Below are positions 47,911 to 57,405 of a stretch of DNA of 64,000 nucleotides, in pieces. Made by a program: the position numbers and the translations under genes. Numbering within the stretch: the first letter of the stretch is position 1; each line of letters starts with the position of its first letter. A model generated the notes under the pieces. It saw nothing but the letters and a program-made list of their open reading frames with translations. It ran no database searches and was not told the origin of the DNA. Source of the DNA: Deinococcales bacterium (GTDB lineage: Bacteria > Deinococcota > Deinococci > Deinococcales > JAAFIG01); NCBI GenBank assembly GCA_031414595.1, contig JANNVX010000088.1:96001-160000 (forward strand). The letters run 5' to 3'.

Positions 47911-50195
47911 AAATTAGTGCATATATTTTAGTTGTACTCTTAGCTCTATCTTCATGTGGACAGTATAATTCTCAAAACGACACAGTAATTACTGAAAATG
48001 ATTTTAGGATTTTTGGTGATGAAAAATCTTCTTTGGATTCAGAAAGCAATTCAAATTCTTTGTTCACCCAAGCAAATACAAAAAGTATAGGAACTGGTCC
48101 TTTTTCTAAGACTACGCTCAGTTCTTCGCAATCATTTAATTGGGCAAAAATGACATTAAAACTACCCAAAGTCAATTCCGAAAAATTAATACAAGATGGG
48201 AAACGTTTTTGCGAAATAAAATCCATAAATGCAAAAGTAAGAAATATTCTCGCTCCTGCAACAAAAGAAAACCCAACCCCCAATCCTATGTCTGTCGAGT
48301 TTTCTCGTCAAAATCCGCAACTATATACAGGATTTAATGACTTAGATATTGGAGTTGTGTATAACACTGCTGTCTTTGAACGCAATGCTGAAAATACAGC
48401 TTGTGTACGAACACCATATGCCCCAAATTATGATTTAGAGATTAATAAATGGGTGGTTTTTTCACACAATTCTGACGGTAATCAAGGTATCGTTGAATTT
48501 AGCGCACAAGAAAATGATTCTATAGACCTAGAGTTTTGGATTCAAAAACTTAAATTTCAAAGTCCATACAATCAAAAAACTGTTTTTGCTATAAAAGTTT
48601 CTCGAGGAAATGCGGTTGCTCTGCAAGCTAGGGTTTTTAGTGGGAATTTTGTATTTAAGGAAGCTATAAAAAGGGTTTTTTCGATGGCTCAAACCGCAGG
48701 TTTTCAGCGACTATACGGTGATTCAAGCGTCAATATCGTTTTAGATAAGATACAGATTGGAATTCTAAAACCAATTTATGGTGTTGCACAATGGAATTTG
48801 CTAATTAGAGACCTTAATAATCCACAAAAAAATAATTATGGAACGGGTATAAGACCCATTCCTGCTGGGTCACTCCCTAAACTTGCAACTGACCCTAAAT
48901 CAAGTGATATTGCTCAAGTCACTGATATTCAAAGTTCCACATCAAGAAATTTCTCAGAAGATGCTGGAGTCACAACAACTTCTGCTGATAGTCGCCAAAT
49001 TTCAATTAAACTTTTGCCCGAAGCTGCGATTGATGGTCTTGAGAGTCCATTCAAACTAATTTCTGCCTTAAACCCTGATGGCACTTACCCAACCAAACTG
49101 TACAAAGTGGGTAATTCTGGTCGTGCGCCGTTGGCGTATAAGATTCCAGAACCAAAATGGCTCGAGTCAGACCCTACACAACAAGGAATTATTCCTGCTG
49201 GTGCAGACAAGCAAGTTAAGTTTAAGATTAAGGCAGGAGCAGATGGATGTCCAAAAGCACCATTTAAGATTGCTCGTCCGTTTTTTAGGTTCTTTCGTTT
49301 GCAAGATACAAAAGTGCAATCCACAGCAGAGAATGATCCTTCAATGGCTTCTAATCAAACGCCTTTTGCTGTTCCAAAAGATGCTGTTTTTGATGGGAGT
49401 AGTTTAGATCGTACTGCGACATTTCATACATTGGTAGTCTGTGCCACAGCCGAGTTAAAACCAGACGGCTTTGATACCACGGCAATAATTGTAAAAACCG
49501 ATAAACCAACCAATCTAACCTTTAAGAACAGTGGCAGACCCGTTCAAGGCGATTTGAAAGATATTTTCAAGTATGATGGTAGCGAAGAAAAAGCCTTTAC
49601 ACCTGCTGAGTTAAAAATGGTTAAAGACCTAACTGACTTGGATTTTGAACTTACGGTCAAAGCCCTTGGTAATGTTGGATTATCAAAAATCATTGCCACT
49701 GTGGACGGCAAAACAGCAGGTAAGTTACCTGTTCGGGCAGTTGGAACGATTGTTATTCAAGCTGTTTGCAAAACGCCCGGTACGCATAAGTTTGAGTTGA
49801 CTTTAAATGCCAAGAATGATCCAGTTGTTGACGAACGAAAACGTATTGTTCCTGTTACATTACAATGTCCTACAGCCAGTATTCAAACTTCACCCACACC
49901 CATTTCCTTAACAGGCAATGTCGGCTCGAGTACAAACACCCAAAACCTCACCATTTCCAACACTGGCGACCTTGATTCCACCCTCGAGTACAAACAATTC
50001 TTTGTGTCTGAGAACATCCTCGACTCGAGCTTACTAAATCCAAGTCCAGTTGCTGGGGCTGCTTTACGACCATTGGCTGTGGTTGTGCCGCCCAGTCTCG
50101 AGAATAGTTTAATTCGGGCGAGTGGGTTTAATCCCAGTGGCACAAGCGAAGGCAGTTTGAAAGTAGTTACGGCTGGTATTCCAGTCTCGAGTTAG
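47907..50195 (+). CDS. large lipoprotein, apparently C-terminally truncated
   Basis: Lipobox LSSC; Ig-like segments; ends exactly at the end of the 300-bp repeat. Confidence 0.75.
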   Translation: MKISAYILVVLLALSSCGQYNSQNDTVITENDFRIFGDEKSSLDSESNSNSLFTQANTKSIGTGPFSKTTLSSSQSFNWAKMTLKLPKVNSEKLIQDGKRFCEIKSINAKVRNILAPATKENPTPNPMSVEFSRQNPQLYTGFNDLDIGVVYNTAVFERNAENTACVRTPYAPNYDLEINKWVVFSHNSDGNQGIVEFSAQENDSIDLEFWIQKLKFQSPYNQKTVFAIKVSRGNAVALQARVFSGNFVFKEAIKRVFSMAQTAGFQRLYGDSSVNIVLDKIQIGILKPIYGVAQWNLLIRDLNNPQKNNYGTGIRPIPAGSLPKLATDPKSSDIAQVTDIQSSTSRNFSEDAGVTTTSADSRQISIKLLPEAAIDGLESPFKLISALNPDGTYPTKLYKVGNSGRAPLAYKIPEPKWLESDPTQQGIIPAGADKQVKFKIKAGADGCPKAPFKIARPFFRFFRLQDTKVQSTAENDPSMASNQTPFAVPKDAVFDGSSLDRTATFHTLVVCATAELKPDGFDTTAIIVKTDKPTNLTFKNSGRPVQGDLKDIFKYDGSEEKAFTPAELKMVKDLTDLDFELTVKALGNVGLSKIIATVDGKTAGKLPVRAVGTIVIQAVCKTPGTHKFELTLNAKNDPVVDERKRIVPVTLQCPTASIQTSPTPISLTGNVGSSTNTQNLTISNTGDLDSTLEYKQFFVSENILDSSLLNPSPVAGAALRPLAVVVPPSLENSLIRASGFNPSGTSEGSLKVVTAGIPVSS
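49893..50192 (+). repeat. 300-bp repeat, full copy 1
   Basis: Encodes PTPISLTGNVGSSTNTQNLTISNTGD...PVSS. Confidence 0.92.
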
Positions 50196-51286
50196 CGAAT
50201 TTGCCAAACGCGAATAGTATCATTTGAGCCTCCATACGCAATTCTCGAGGAATCTGGACTAAATTCAACACCAGAGCTTAATTCAAAATTCGGAAATTCA
50301 CGAATTTTCTTACCCGTTTGAACATCCCACAACCAAAGTGAACCCCTAGTTGTACTGTCTTCGTTTTTACTTCCAATAAGTACCAAACGACCATCTGGAC
50401 TAAACCGATGAATTGGTGTCCAGTTTTTTTGTGTCTTAAAAACTCGAATTAACTTTCCGTTACGCCAATCATAAATAGCGGGATACTGAACAGCTTTTCG
50501 AGTAATTTCATCTACTTCATTTGATATATAGCTCGCAATCATGGTGTCGAACTTTGGATTTAGAAGAATACCCTGTGACATTCCACCTTTCAAGGTAACG
50601 GTTTTTACTATTTTTAGTGTTTTTACATCAACAAAATTCATATAACTAGAGTCTGCGTAAATAATTTGTTTACTATCAGGAGTGAACACAATACCATCAC
50701 AGCTAAGTTCTTTTAGGTCTGTGGCTGGGTATTCTTGTGCAGTATTTTTATAGTCTGCTTTTAACAAAGTTTTTATAATTGGTTTTCCTGACTTTAGGTC
50801 AATTAAATCTAATTCACCATGTTCCATTACCACATCAATGCTGTAATACTCTGGAGCAACGGGAGTGATGGCAATCAAATTTTTGTCGGAGCTTATATTT
50901 ACATATTTACGAAAAGCAGAACCTAACTTCCAAGTTGGAGTATATGTCCAAACGAGTTTTCCTGTTCTCGCATCAATCATGTGAAGTGATTCAGAATAAT
51001 CGGGATTATTTAAGTAATAGTCTTTATTTTTTAAGAATTGAACAGAACCCATTGCTTTACCTTTGAGTTCTTGGGGTAATTTGAGGGTTTTTGTTAGATT
51101 GCCAGTCAGCATGTTATAGCTTCTGATACCATCTTCCATAATGTAAGTGTAAACACTTTTTCCATCTGAACTAAAACCGGAAACACCATAGGCGTTTTTT
51201 ATGATGAGTTCTCGAGGGGCGCTTAGACTAGGCAAAATCAAGCCTAAAATAGCGCTGATTCCCAGTACCATAGCAAATAATTTCAT
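50192..51286 (-). CDS. secreted WD40/YVTN beta-propeller protein
   Basis: FSSDG/FTPDS/FSPDG repeats, LWDVQTGK, DTIRVW; TAAAAT-N7-ATG at 51286. Confidence 0.85.
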   Translation of the reverse strand: MKLFAMVLGISAILGLILPSLSAPRELIIKNAYGVSGFSSDGKSVYTYIMEDGIRSYNMLTGNLTKTLKLPQELKGKAMGSVQFLKNKDYYLNNPDYSESLHMIDARTGKLVWTYTPTWKLGSAFRKYVNISSDKNLIAITPVAPEYYSIDVVMEHGELDLIDLKSGKPIIKTLLKADYKNTAQEYPATDLKELSCDGIVFTPDSKQIIYADSSYMNFVDVKTLKIVKTVTLKGGMSQGILLNPKFDTMIASYISNEVDEITRKAVQYPAIYDWRNGKLIRVFKTQKNWTPIHRFSPDGRLVLIGSKNEDSTTRGSLWLWDVQTGKKIREFPNFELSSGVEFSPDSSRIAYGGSNDTIRVWQIR

Positions 51287-51369
51287 AGGTCTAATTTTAC
51301 ACAAGTTAGTTTGGTCAGCATGTGAAATTTCAACATGAGAATAAGAAACCGAATGCTAAGCTAACGTTT

Positions 51370-54300
51370 ATGAAGAGATTTCTGCTTGCCGTTTTTCTAC
51401 TTGCCTTATTTGTAACTGCTTGTGGTGGTGTACCACAGTCTGTTCAGAACAGACCTATCGAATCTTATCTTGACCCCAACACAAAACTAGAGGACAAAGA
51501 AAGTCTGCTACAGATTTTGGCACTTGTTACGCCCGAAGCCAGAGACGACATTACTTTTTTAACAGCCAAAGGGAGTGTTTACAGCACTTCGGAGCAAGCA
51601 CGCAAAGCGGGTGCGCTTCTTAAGCCTGCGGGTGAGAATATTTTTGAGTTGCCTGATGGTAGTTTTAGGGCATTTCCAGCTTCTGGTGAATCGCCGAATA
51701 ATCAAAATCTGACCGCAACAGGTGAGCCGTTTAGTGCATTGGATGATTGCTACAGAAAAGGCATAGGTGAAAAGTCTGGACCGATACGTCGGATTACTCA
51801 TGCTCAAGGTACAAAACAAGCACCAACAAACTGGATGAAAGTAACACTTTATTTGCCAAAAGCAGCAGAGGCTAATGGATTTAAGCAACGAATTGCAGAC
51901 GGTAAAACCATGAAGCCTGTGTACAATGCTCCCTTTATTTATGCTGGTGGTTGGGGAAATAAAGGAAGCGGGCAGAGTTATGTAGATGCTGGTTTTCAAA
52001 TGAGTACGGGTGATAAAAATAACGACGCGAGTGACGAATGGACACTGTTTGTAAAGGCTTCTGGAGTTGTATATCTGGATAAAGAATATAGCAAGTTGGG
52101 TCAAGTTTCAGATAAGAAAGAATACCGATTTGCTGGTGGTTCAACAGTTGACTTGACATTTTTTAATTTGAGCGATTTGTTGATTGCAACTGCAAAAGAA
52201 CAGGGTAGTAACCGTTCTCGAGTTATCGCTTTGAGGTTAGCCAATAATTCCAGATGGAGTGGCGATGGTATTGGTAACTGGTACAAAATGATGACAACAA
52301 TTGGACAAGGACGTGTAGAACCAAGTGAACCCGTTCAAAAGTTGGATTCCGTAGGTTTCTTAAAAAATGCCGCCATTAAAAATATGGAAATTGGCTACAT
52401 AGATTGGGGCGTTTTAGACAAGATACTTCGCCGTGAAATTCCAGAAGGAGAAGCTAATGTATTTGGGCGGGACAATGTTACCATCGAACCTCGGGTGGGG
52501 AATGGAAGTAAAGATCAACGGAAAAAATTTATGAACTCAGGGGAATTTACTGATTGTAAATTCCCAGATGACCGAGCCGCTAATGATTTTCGCTTTGATG
52601 TTACTGGAAATACAAATCTGATTTACGATAAAGCTGTTCAGGTTGTTAAGACCAGTGACGGCGAGCTTACATCCATAGACTTGCGAACACCAACGAGTCT
52701 TCAACTTGCAGAAGACAAACTTCCTGTTTCAAAATCAGCTTGGATTCCTGCAATACCTAACCAAACGGATCAACCATTACCAAGTGCTACACCTGATATT
52801 ACAGTAAAATTAAAAGGCAAACCTAAAGCATCAGGGTCAACAGTTAAGACTCTGTTCTTTCAAAACTACGGCAGTCTAAATTCGCTACTCGAGTTCAGGG
52901 CTTATCCAATTGGACAAGTTGATACTGATACAAATTTGCAAAAAGCACTTGATAGAAAAGGACAAACGGGAATTGTTCTGTGGGGCAATAAAAGTACCAA
53001 CGCCAATGAATTAGAAGACATAGCTTCACTCTCTCAATTGGCAACTAAACCCCCTAAGTCTCCGTGGGCGGATGGCTTATATGCCGCTCGTTCGACAGTC
53101 AATTTACGTCGTCCTAATAACATCCGTATGACACGCGGAATAGACCAAACTAAACTTGAGATTGAGGCAACCTGCCCAGAAAAACCTGAATCCACACCAT
53201 ACAAGGCGCGTTTCCCAATTATTTACAGCACAGGCTTGGCTGATGATGGTGTAACACCAGAAACCCCTGCAAACCAAAAATTCTCAACAGTGGATGATGA
53301 GCCTCAAAAAAGAGTTATGTGGGTCAACCTCGAGCTAGAATGTATTGTACCCGCCAAGATTGCAATTAACCCCACACCCATTTCCTTAACAGGCAATGTC
53401 GGCTCGAGTACAAACACCCAAAACCTCACCATTTCCAACACTGGCGACCTTGATTCCACCCTCGAGTACAAACAATTCTTTGTGTCTGAAAACACGCTCG
53501 ACTCGAGCTTACTAAATCCAAGTCCAATTGCTGGGGCTGCTTTGCGACCATTGGCTGTGGTTGTCCCGCCCAGTCTCGAGAATAGTTTAATTCGGGCAAG
53601 TGGCTTTAGCCCAAGCAGCATCAGTACAGGTGAATTAAAAGTGCTGACAGAGGGTACACCAGTCTCGAGTACCGTTTCTGTTTCGTATTTCTGCTCGAGT
53701 GCTGGGACTTTTACGCGGTATATCAATGTGGTCTATAAAACTGGTGCAACTGATGAAGCTGGCATTGAAATTCTCGAGAATGCCGTGGTGAGTGTAGAGG
53801 TGACTTGCGTAAGTGTGGAGAAACCAAAAATACTAATTAGTAAGACACAAGTAAATATTAAAGCAGAACTCAATTCATACAATAAAATTCCATTGATTGT
53901 TAAGAATATTGGTACAGGAATACTTGAGTACAATGGTGGTATTGGTATTGGAAATCGGAGGTTAAATTCTGGTGAAGCAGAAGAAATAAATATCACATTT
54001 TTCTGTGGAACGTTCGGTGATTCAGCATCAGATTACATAATACAGTCGAATGACACGGAAAACATAATAACGTTTTTAGAAATTAAATCACAGTGTTTCG
54101 GTGATTTTGTCCTAAAAGATCAGCCTTTAGTGTATTTTTACGCTGGTGGTGGAGATGATGCAGTATATCAATCATTAAATCCTAAATATCCTTTATACTG
54201 TGGAGGTGATTTATATGCTACGTTCGCAATAAACTACCCTTCTATACGTATTTCCTCGAGTGATTATAGATTTTTTATATCTAATTTATTCAATTTACCT

Positions 54301-54669
54301 TTTGATTATCAAAGTATACTAGCAGACCCAAGCATTCTAAAGGTCTCAAAAGACTCAAACTATCAAAATTTTAAATGGTTTATTTTTGATGTCGAATATA
54401 CTCCTTATTTCAGAGAATATTGGCTGCCTCCAGTACACGGTGATGAGTGTGGTACTCAAGACCGTTTTACCGAGTATTACAGACTAAATGATGAATTAAA
54501 TACAAATTTGCCAATTTATTTTCAAAAAATTATTGAAGAGTATGTAGAAAATCTACCTCAGAATGTTACTTTAACTAATCTAAAGTATGGTGAAAACTGC
54601 AAAGTATACGTTGACCGCTCAACACGATATGCTTTATGCGCCGATATTGTGTATCACCTTGAGAAATAA
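51370..54669 (+). CDS. large lipoprotein with YrpD-like N-terminal domain, Ig-like repeats and AT-rich variable C-terminus
   Basis: Lipobox VTAC; TAAGCT-N7-ATG; YrpD similarity recalled from memory. Confidence 0.75.
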   Translation: MKRFLLAVFLLALFVTACGGVPQSVQNRPIESYLDPNTKLEDKESLLQILALVTPEARDDITFLTAKGSVYSTSEQARKAGALLKPAGENIFELPDGSFRAFPASGESPNNQNLTATGEPFSALDDCYRKGIGEKSGPIRRITHAQGTKQAPTNWMKVTLYLPKAAEANGFKQRIADGKTMKPVYNAPFIYAGGWGNKGSGQSYVDAGFQMSTGDKNNDASDEWTLFVKASGVVYLDKEYSKLGQVSDKKEYRFAGGSTVDLTFFNLSDLLIATAKEQGSNRSRVIALRLANNSRWSGDGIGNWYKMMTTIGQGRVEPSEPVQKLDSVGFLKNAAIKNMEIGYIDWGVLDKILRREIPEGEANVFGRDNVTIEPRVGNGSKDQRKKFMNSGEFTDCKFPDDRAANDFRFDVTGNTNLIYDKAVQVVKTSDGELTSIDLRTPTSLQLAEDKLPVSKSAWIPAIPNQTDQPLPSATPDITVKLKGKPKASGSTVKTLFFQNYGSLNSLLEFRAYPIGQVDTDTNLQKALDRKGQTGIVLWGNKSTNANELEDIASLSQLATKPPKSPWADGLYAARSTVNLRRPNNIRMTRGIDQTKLEIEATCPEKPESTPYKARFPIIYSTGLADDGVTPETPANQKFSTVDDEPQKRVMWVNLELECIVPAKIAINPTPISLTGNVGSSTNTQNLTISNTGDLDSTLEYKQFFVSENTLDSSLLNPSPIAGAALRPLAVVVPPSLENSLIRASGFSPSSISTGELKVLTEGTPVSSTVSVSYFCSSAGTFTRYINVVYKTGATDEAGIEILENAVVSVEVTCVSVEKPKILISKTQVNIKAELNSYNKIPLIVKNIGTGILEYNGGIGIGNRRLNSGEAEEINITFFCGTFGDSASDYIIQSNDTENIITFLEIKSQCFGDFVLKDQPLVYFYAGGGDDAVYQSLNPKYPLYCGGDLYATFAINYPSIRISSSDYRFFISNLFNLPFDYQSILADPSILKVSKDSNYQNFKWFIFDVEYTPYFREYWLPPVHGDECGTQDRFTEYYRLNDELNTNLPIYFQKIIEEYVENLPQNVTLTNLKYGENCKVYVDRSTRYALCADIVYHLEK
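53371..53670 (+). repeat. 300-bp repeat, full copy 2
   Basis: Near-identical to 49893-50192. Confidence 0.92.
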
Positions 54670-54717
54670 ACTTTTTTGTTCTTGAATCAGCAATTCCTAG
54701 GGTAACTTGGAGAACAT

Positions 54718-55377
54718 GTGATTTCAGTTCTTATTCCAGCCGCAGGCAGTGGCGAACGCCTTGGCTTAGGTGCAAAAGCCCTACTCGAGTTAAATGGGCA
54801 AACCCTTCTCGAGCGTGCCATAAAAGCTTTTTCTGACATTGCAGATGAGATTATTGTCGCCTTGCCAGAAAATTATCTCGAGTTACCATTGCAAAATGCG
54901 CGTGCTGTGGCGGGTGGCTCGAGTCGTCAAGAATCGGTGCAGAACTTACTGAAAGCTGCAACTGGCGATGTGGTTCTCATCCACGATGCCGCTCGTCCAT
55001 TTTTGCCTAGAGCCGTGATTGAACGAGTTCTCGAGGGCGTAAATTCAACTGGTGCAGCAACGGCTGCACTGCCAGCTTCGGACACCTTGGTTCTCGAGAA
55101 CAACGGCTTGTGGGGCAGTCTGGTGGATCGCTCGAGTATTCGGGCTGTGCAAACGCCGCAGGGTTTTAAGCGTGATTTGTTGCTCGAGGCACATAAAAAA
55201 GCACTTCTTGAGGGCGTGACTGCCACCGACGATGCGGGATTGGTAGCGCGGCTTGGGTTGCCTGTGGCACTGTGTCTTGGCGATGAACGACTTTTTAAGG
55301 TCACAAGGGCTGGCGATTGGGCGTTGGCTCGTGCCTTTGCACCTGTTTGGGATGCTGATAAACTAAGTAATGCGTAA
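54718..55377 (+). CDS. ispD: 2-C-methyl-D-erythritol 4-phosphate cytidylyltransferase
   Basis: PAAGSGERLG, GGSSRQESV, HDAARP, VQTPQGF, TDDA. Confidence 0.95.
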   Translation: MISVLIPAAGSGERLGLGAKALLELNGQTLLERAIKAFSDIADEIIVALPENYLELPLQNARAVAGGSSRQESVQNLLKAATGDVVLIHDAARPFLPRAVIERVLEGVNSTGAATAALPASDTLVLENNGLWGSLVDRSSIRAVQTPQGFKRDLLLEAHKKALLEGVTATDDAGLVARLGLPVALCLGDERLFKVTRAGDWALARAFAPVWDADKLSNA

Positions 55378-56203
55378 TGGTATTAAAGAATTTGCTCCCG
55401 CCAAAATCAATCTTGGTTTGGCGGTTACAGGTCGGCTCGAGAATGGCTATCACACCTTGGAAACGTTGTTTTGTACCTTGGATGTCGGCGACACGCTAAC
55501 CCTCGAGCCAACTGAATTGGGAATAGAATTATCTGTCATCGGCGCAGATTTGCCTGTCACTTCGGAAAACTTGGTCTACCGCGCTGCCCAAGTCTATCTC
55601 GAGGCGGCTGAGATAAAAGCGGGAGTACGTTTAACCCTCGAGAAGCGCTTACCGATTGCGGCTGGGCTTGGTGGTGGCTCGAGCGATGCGGCGGCTTGTC
55701 TGCGTGGTTTGCAGCGCTTATACCCAAGTAAAGTGAATTTACATAGTCTTGCTAAAAACTTAGGGGCAGATGTGCCTTTTTTGATTCGTGGTGGCGCGGC
55801 TAGGGCATCGGGCATCGGCGAGATTCTCGAGCCTGTGGCGCTACCTAAAATTCATGTGGTCTTGGCAAACCCAATGGTCGGTATTACTGCCAAAGAAGCC
55901 TATTTGGGTTTGCAAGGGCATTTTGGCTCGAGATTAGAGATGCCAAGTATTCTCGAAGCGCTGAGCAGGGGAGATGTGCCATCCTACCGCAATGACCTTG
56001 AATTGCCAGTCATCAAAGCGTACCCGATTGTCCAAGACGTAAAAAATGCACTTTCTAAAGCTGGACTATTTGCTGTACTGATGAGTGGTTCGGGCAGCAC
56101 TTGTTTTGGTTTGGCGCACAGTCAAACAGAAGCTGCTCGAGTGGCTAATGCCTTGCAACTCGAACAGCCAAATTGGTGGGTCAGGGCAGCCTCAAACCTT
56201 TGA
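55370..56203 (+). CDS. ispE: 4-diphosphocytidyl-2-C-methyl-D-erythritol kinase
   Basis: APAKINLGL, AGLGGGSSDAA, MSGSGST. Confidence 0.96.
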   Translation: MRNGIKEFAPAKINLGLAVTGRLENGYHTLETLFCTLDVGDTLTLEPTELGIELSVIGADLPVTSENLVYRAAQVYLEAAEIKAGVRLTLEKRLPIAAGLGGGSSDAAACLRGLQRLYPSKVNLHSLAKNLGADVPFLIRGGAARASGIGEILEPVALPKIHVVLANPMVGITAKEAYLGLQGHFGSRLEMPSILEALSRGDVPSYRNDLELPVIKAYPIVQDVKNALSKAGLFAVLMSGSGSTCFGLAHSQTEAARVANALQLEQPNWWVRAASNL

Positions 56204-56206
56204 GAT

Positions 56207-57325
56207 TTACTTGCTTTCAATTTCGACTTGCACCGCGTTAAATTGGGTGTTTTTGATTTCAAGCATCACAAATGGGCTGGTGATGACTTGCGAAACCATT
56301 CGGTCTGGGCTTGGGGAGATGGTTTCGATCAGCAGATTAAGGATGTTCCCCTCGAGTGTGGCGCTTTTGTAACGTATGCTGTAGCCACCAGTTGGACGTT
56401 GCCCTAAGAATACCGTGACCATACGGCTTTTGCTAAAATCAATTTTTGGAGCAGTTGGTAATGGGATTTGATTGCCAGCCACCATTTTCCATGTCTTTAG
56501 GAAATCGGCTTCGTTGTCATCAAAGCGGGTCAGTAAGTCGCCTTGGCTGTATTCTGAATTGCTGCCTGTCTCGAGGGTCGAAATAATTGGGATGATCAGG
56601 CTGGTGCTGACTGGTGGTTTTGGGGTAACTGGGATTGGGTTGGCTGGGGTAATTCCAGTTCCAGCCACTGGTTTGACAATCGCGGCACTGCGCGGCACAC
56701 CGTACTGCACTGCCAAAACCGAGCGTTTGTAAGTGCTTGGGGCTGGGTCTAAGTTTAGGCGACTTTCTGGAACTTCGCCTTCGATTAAGGTCGCAAGCAG
56801 CAATTCGCCTTTTGGTGTTAAGTATTTACTGAGTGCTAAGGCTTCTTCGCTCGAGAGTAAGCCAGCCCCCAACGGCGACAAACGCGGTGTGGGTTTGAAT
56901 TGGGCAGCTTCTCCGACTTTGATATTGCGGGTAATCGTGAACCATTTTGTGCCATCAAAATAATAAACACTTTGCAGGTTGCGTTTAGCCCGAACTTGGA
57001 TTTGGTCGCCAATAAATGCGCCTTCAAAAGCATTGAGGTTTTGAAGCTCGAGTTTTAAGGTGTTAGAGCCATTGACTGCCAAAGTGCGTGGCACAACAAA
57101 ACCATTTAAGGCAATGGTCACGGGTTTACTTAATTCGAGTCTGCCATTGTTCCATAACAGTGTTTGTGGGTCGCCACTAAAAACCCCGTAACGTTCGCTG
57201 GTTTTGGTGTTGTACAAGGAAATGTCAGAAAAGGTGTAACTGCTACTGGCGGGTGGTTGTTGTCCAATAACACTTCCAAGTCCAAGGGCGGTAGCGATGG
57301 CTAAAAAGGGGAGTAGTGGTTTCAT
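56207..57325 (-). CDS. secreted protein with PrcB C-terminal domain
   Basis: GQRPTGGYSI...QVITSPF. Confidence 0.78.
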   Translation of the reverse strand: MKPLLPFLAIATALGLGSVIGQQPPASSSYTFSDISLYNTKTSERYGVFSGDPQTLLWNNGRLELSKPVTIALNGFVVPRTLAVNGSNTLKLELQNLNAFEGAFIGDQIQVRAKRNLQSVYYFDGTKWFTITRNIKVGEAAQFKPTPRLSPLGAGLLSSEEALALSKYLTPKGELLLATLIEGEVPESRLNLDPAPSTYKRSVLAVQYGVPRSAAIVKPVAGTGITPANPIPVTPKPPVSTSLIIPIISTLETGSNSEYSQGDLLTRFDDNEADFLKTWKMVAGNQIPLPTAPKIDFSKSRMVTVFLGQRPTGGYSIRYKSATLEGNILNLLIETISPSPDRMVSQVITSPFVMLEIKNTQFNAVQVEIESK

Positions 57326-57405
57326 GAGTCATATCCTAATCTAGTTTGCGTTTAGTAGATGTGGATTCACTCATCAAACCCCAAGGTTTCTTTTAGTTAG
57401 GCTAC

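Noticed and set aside
44696-53670. Diversity-generating retroelement (TR/VR) or CRISPR explanation of the repeats
   Set aside because: No reverse transcriptase is present, differences are not adenine-specific, and there is no regular repeat-spacer pattern.
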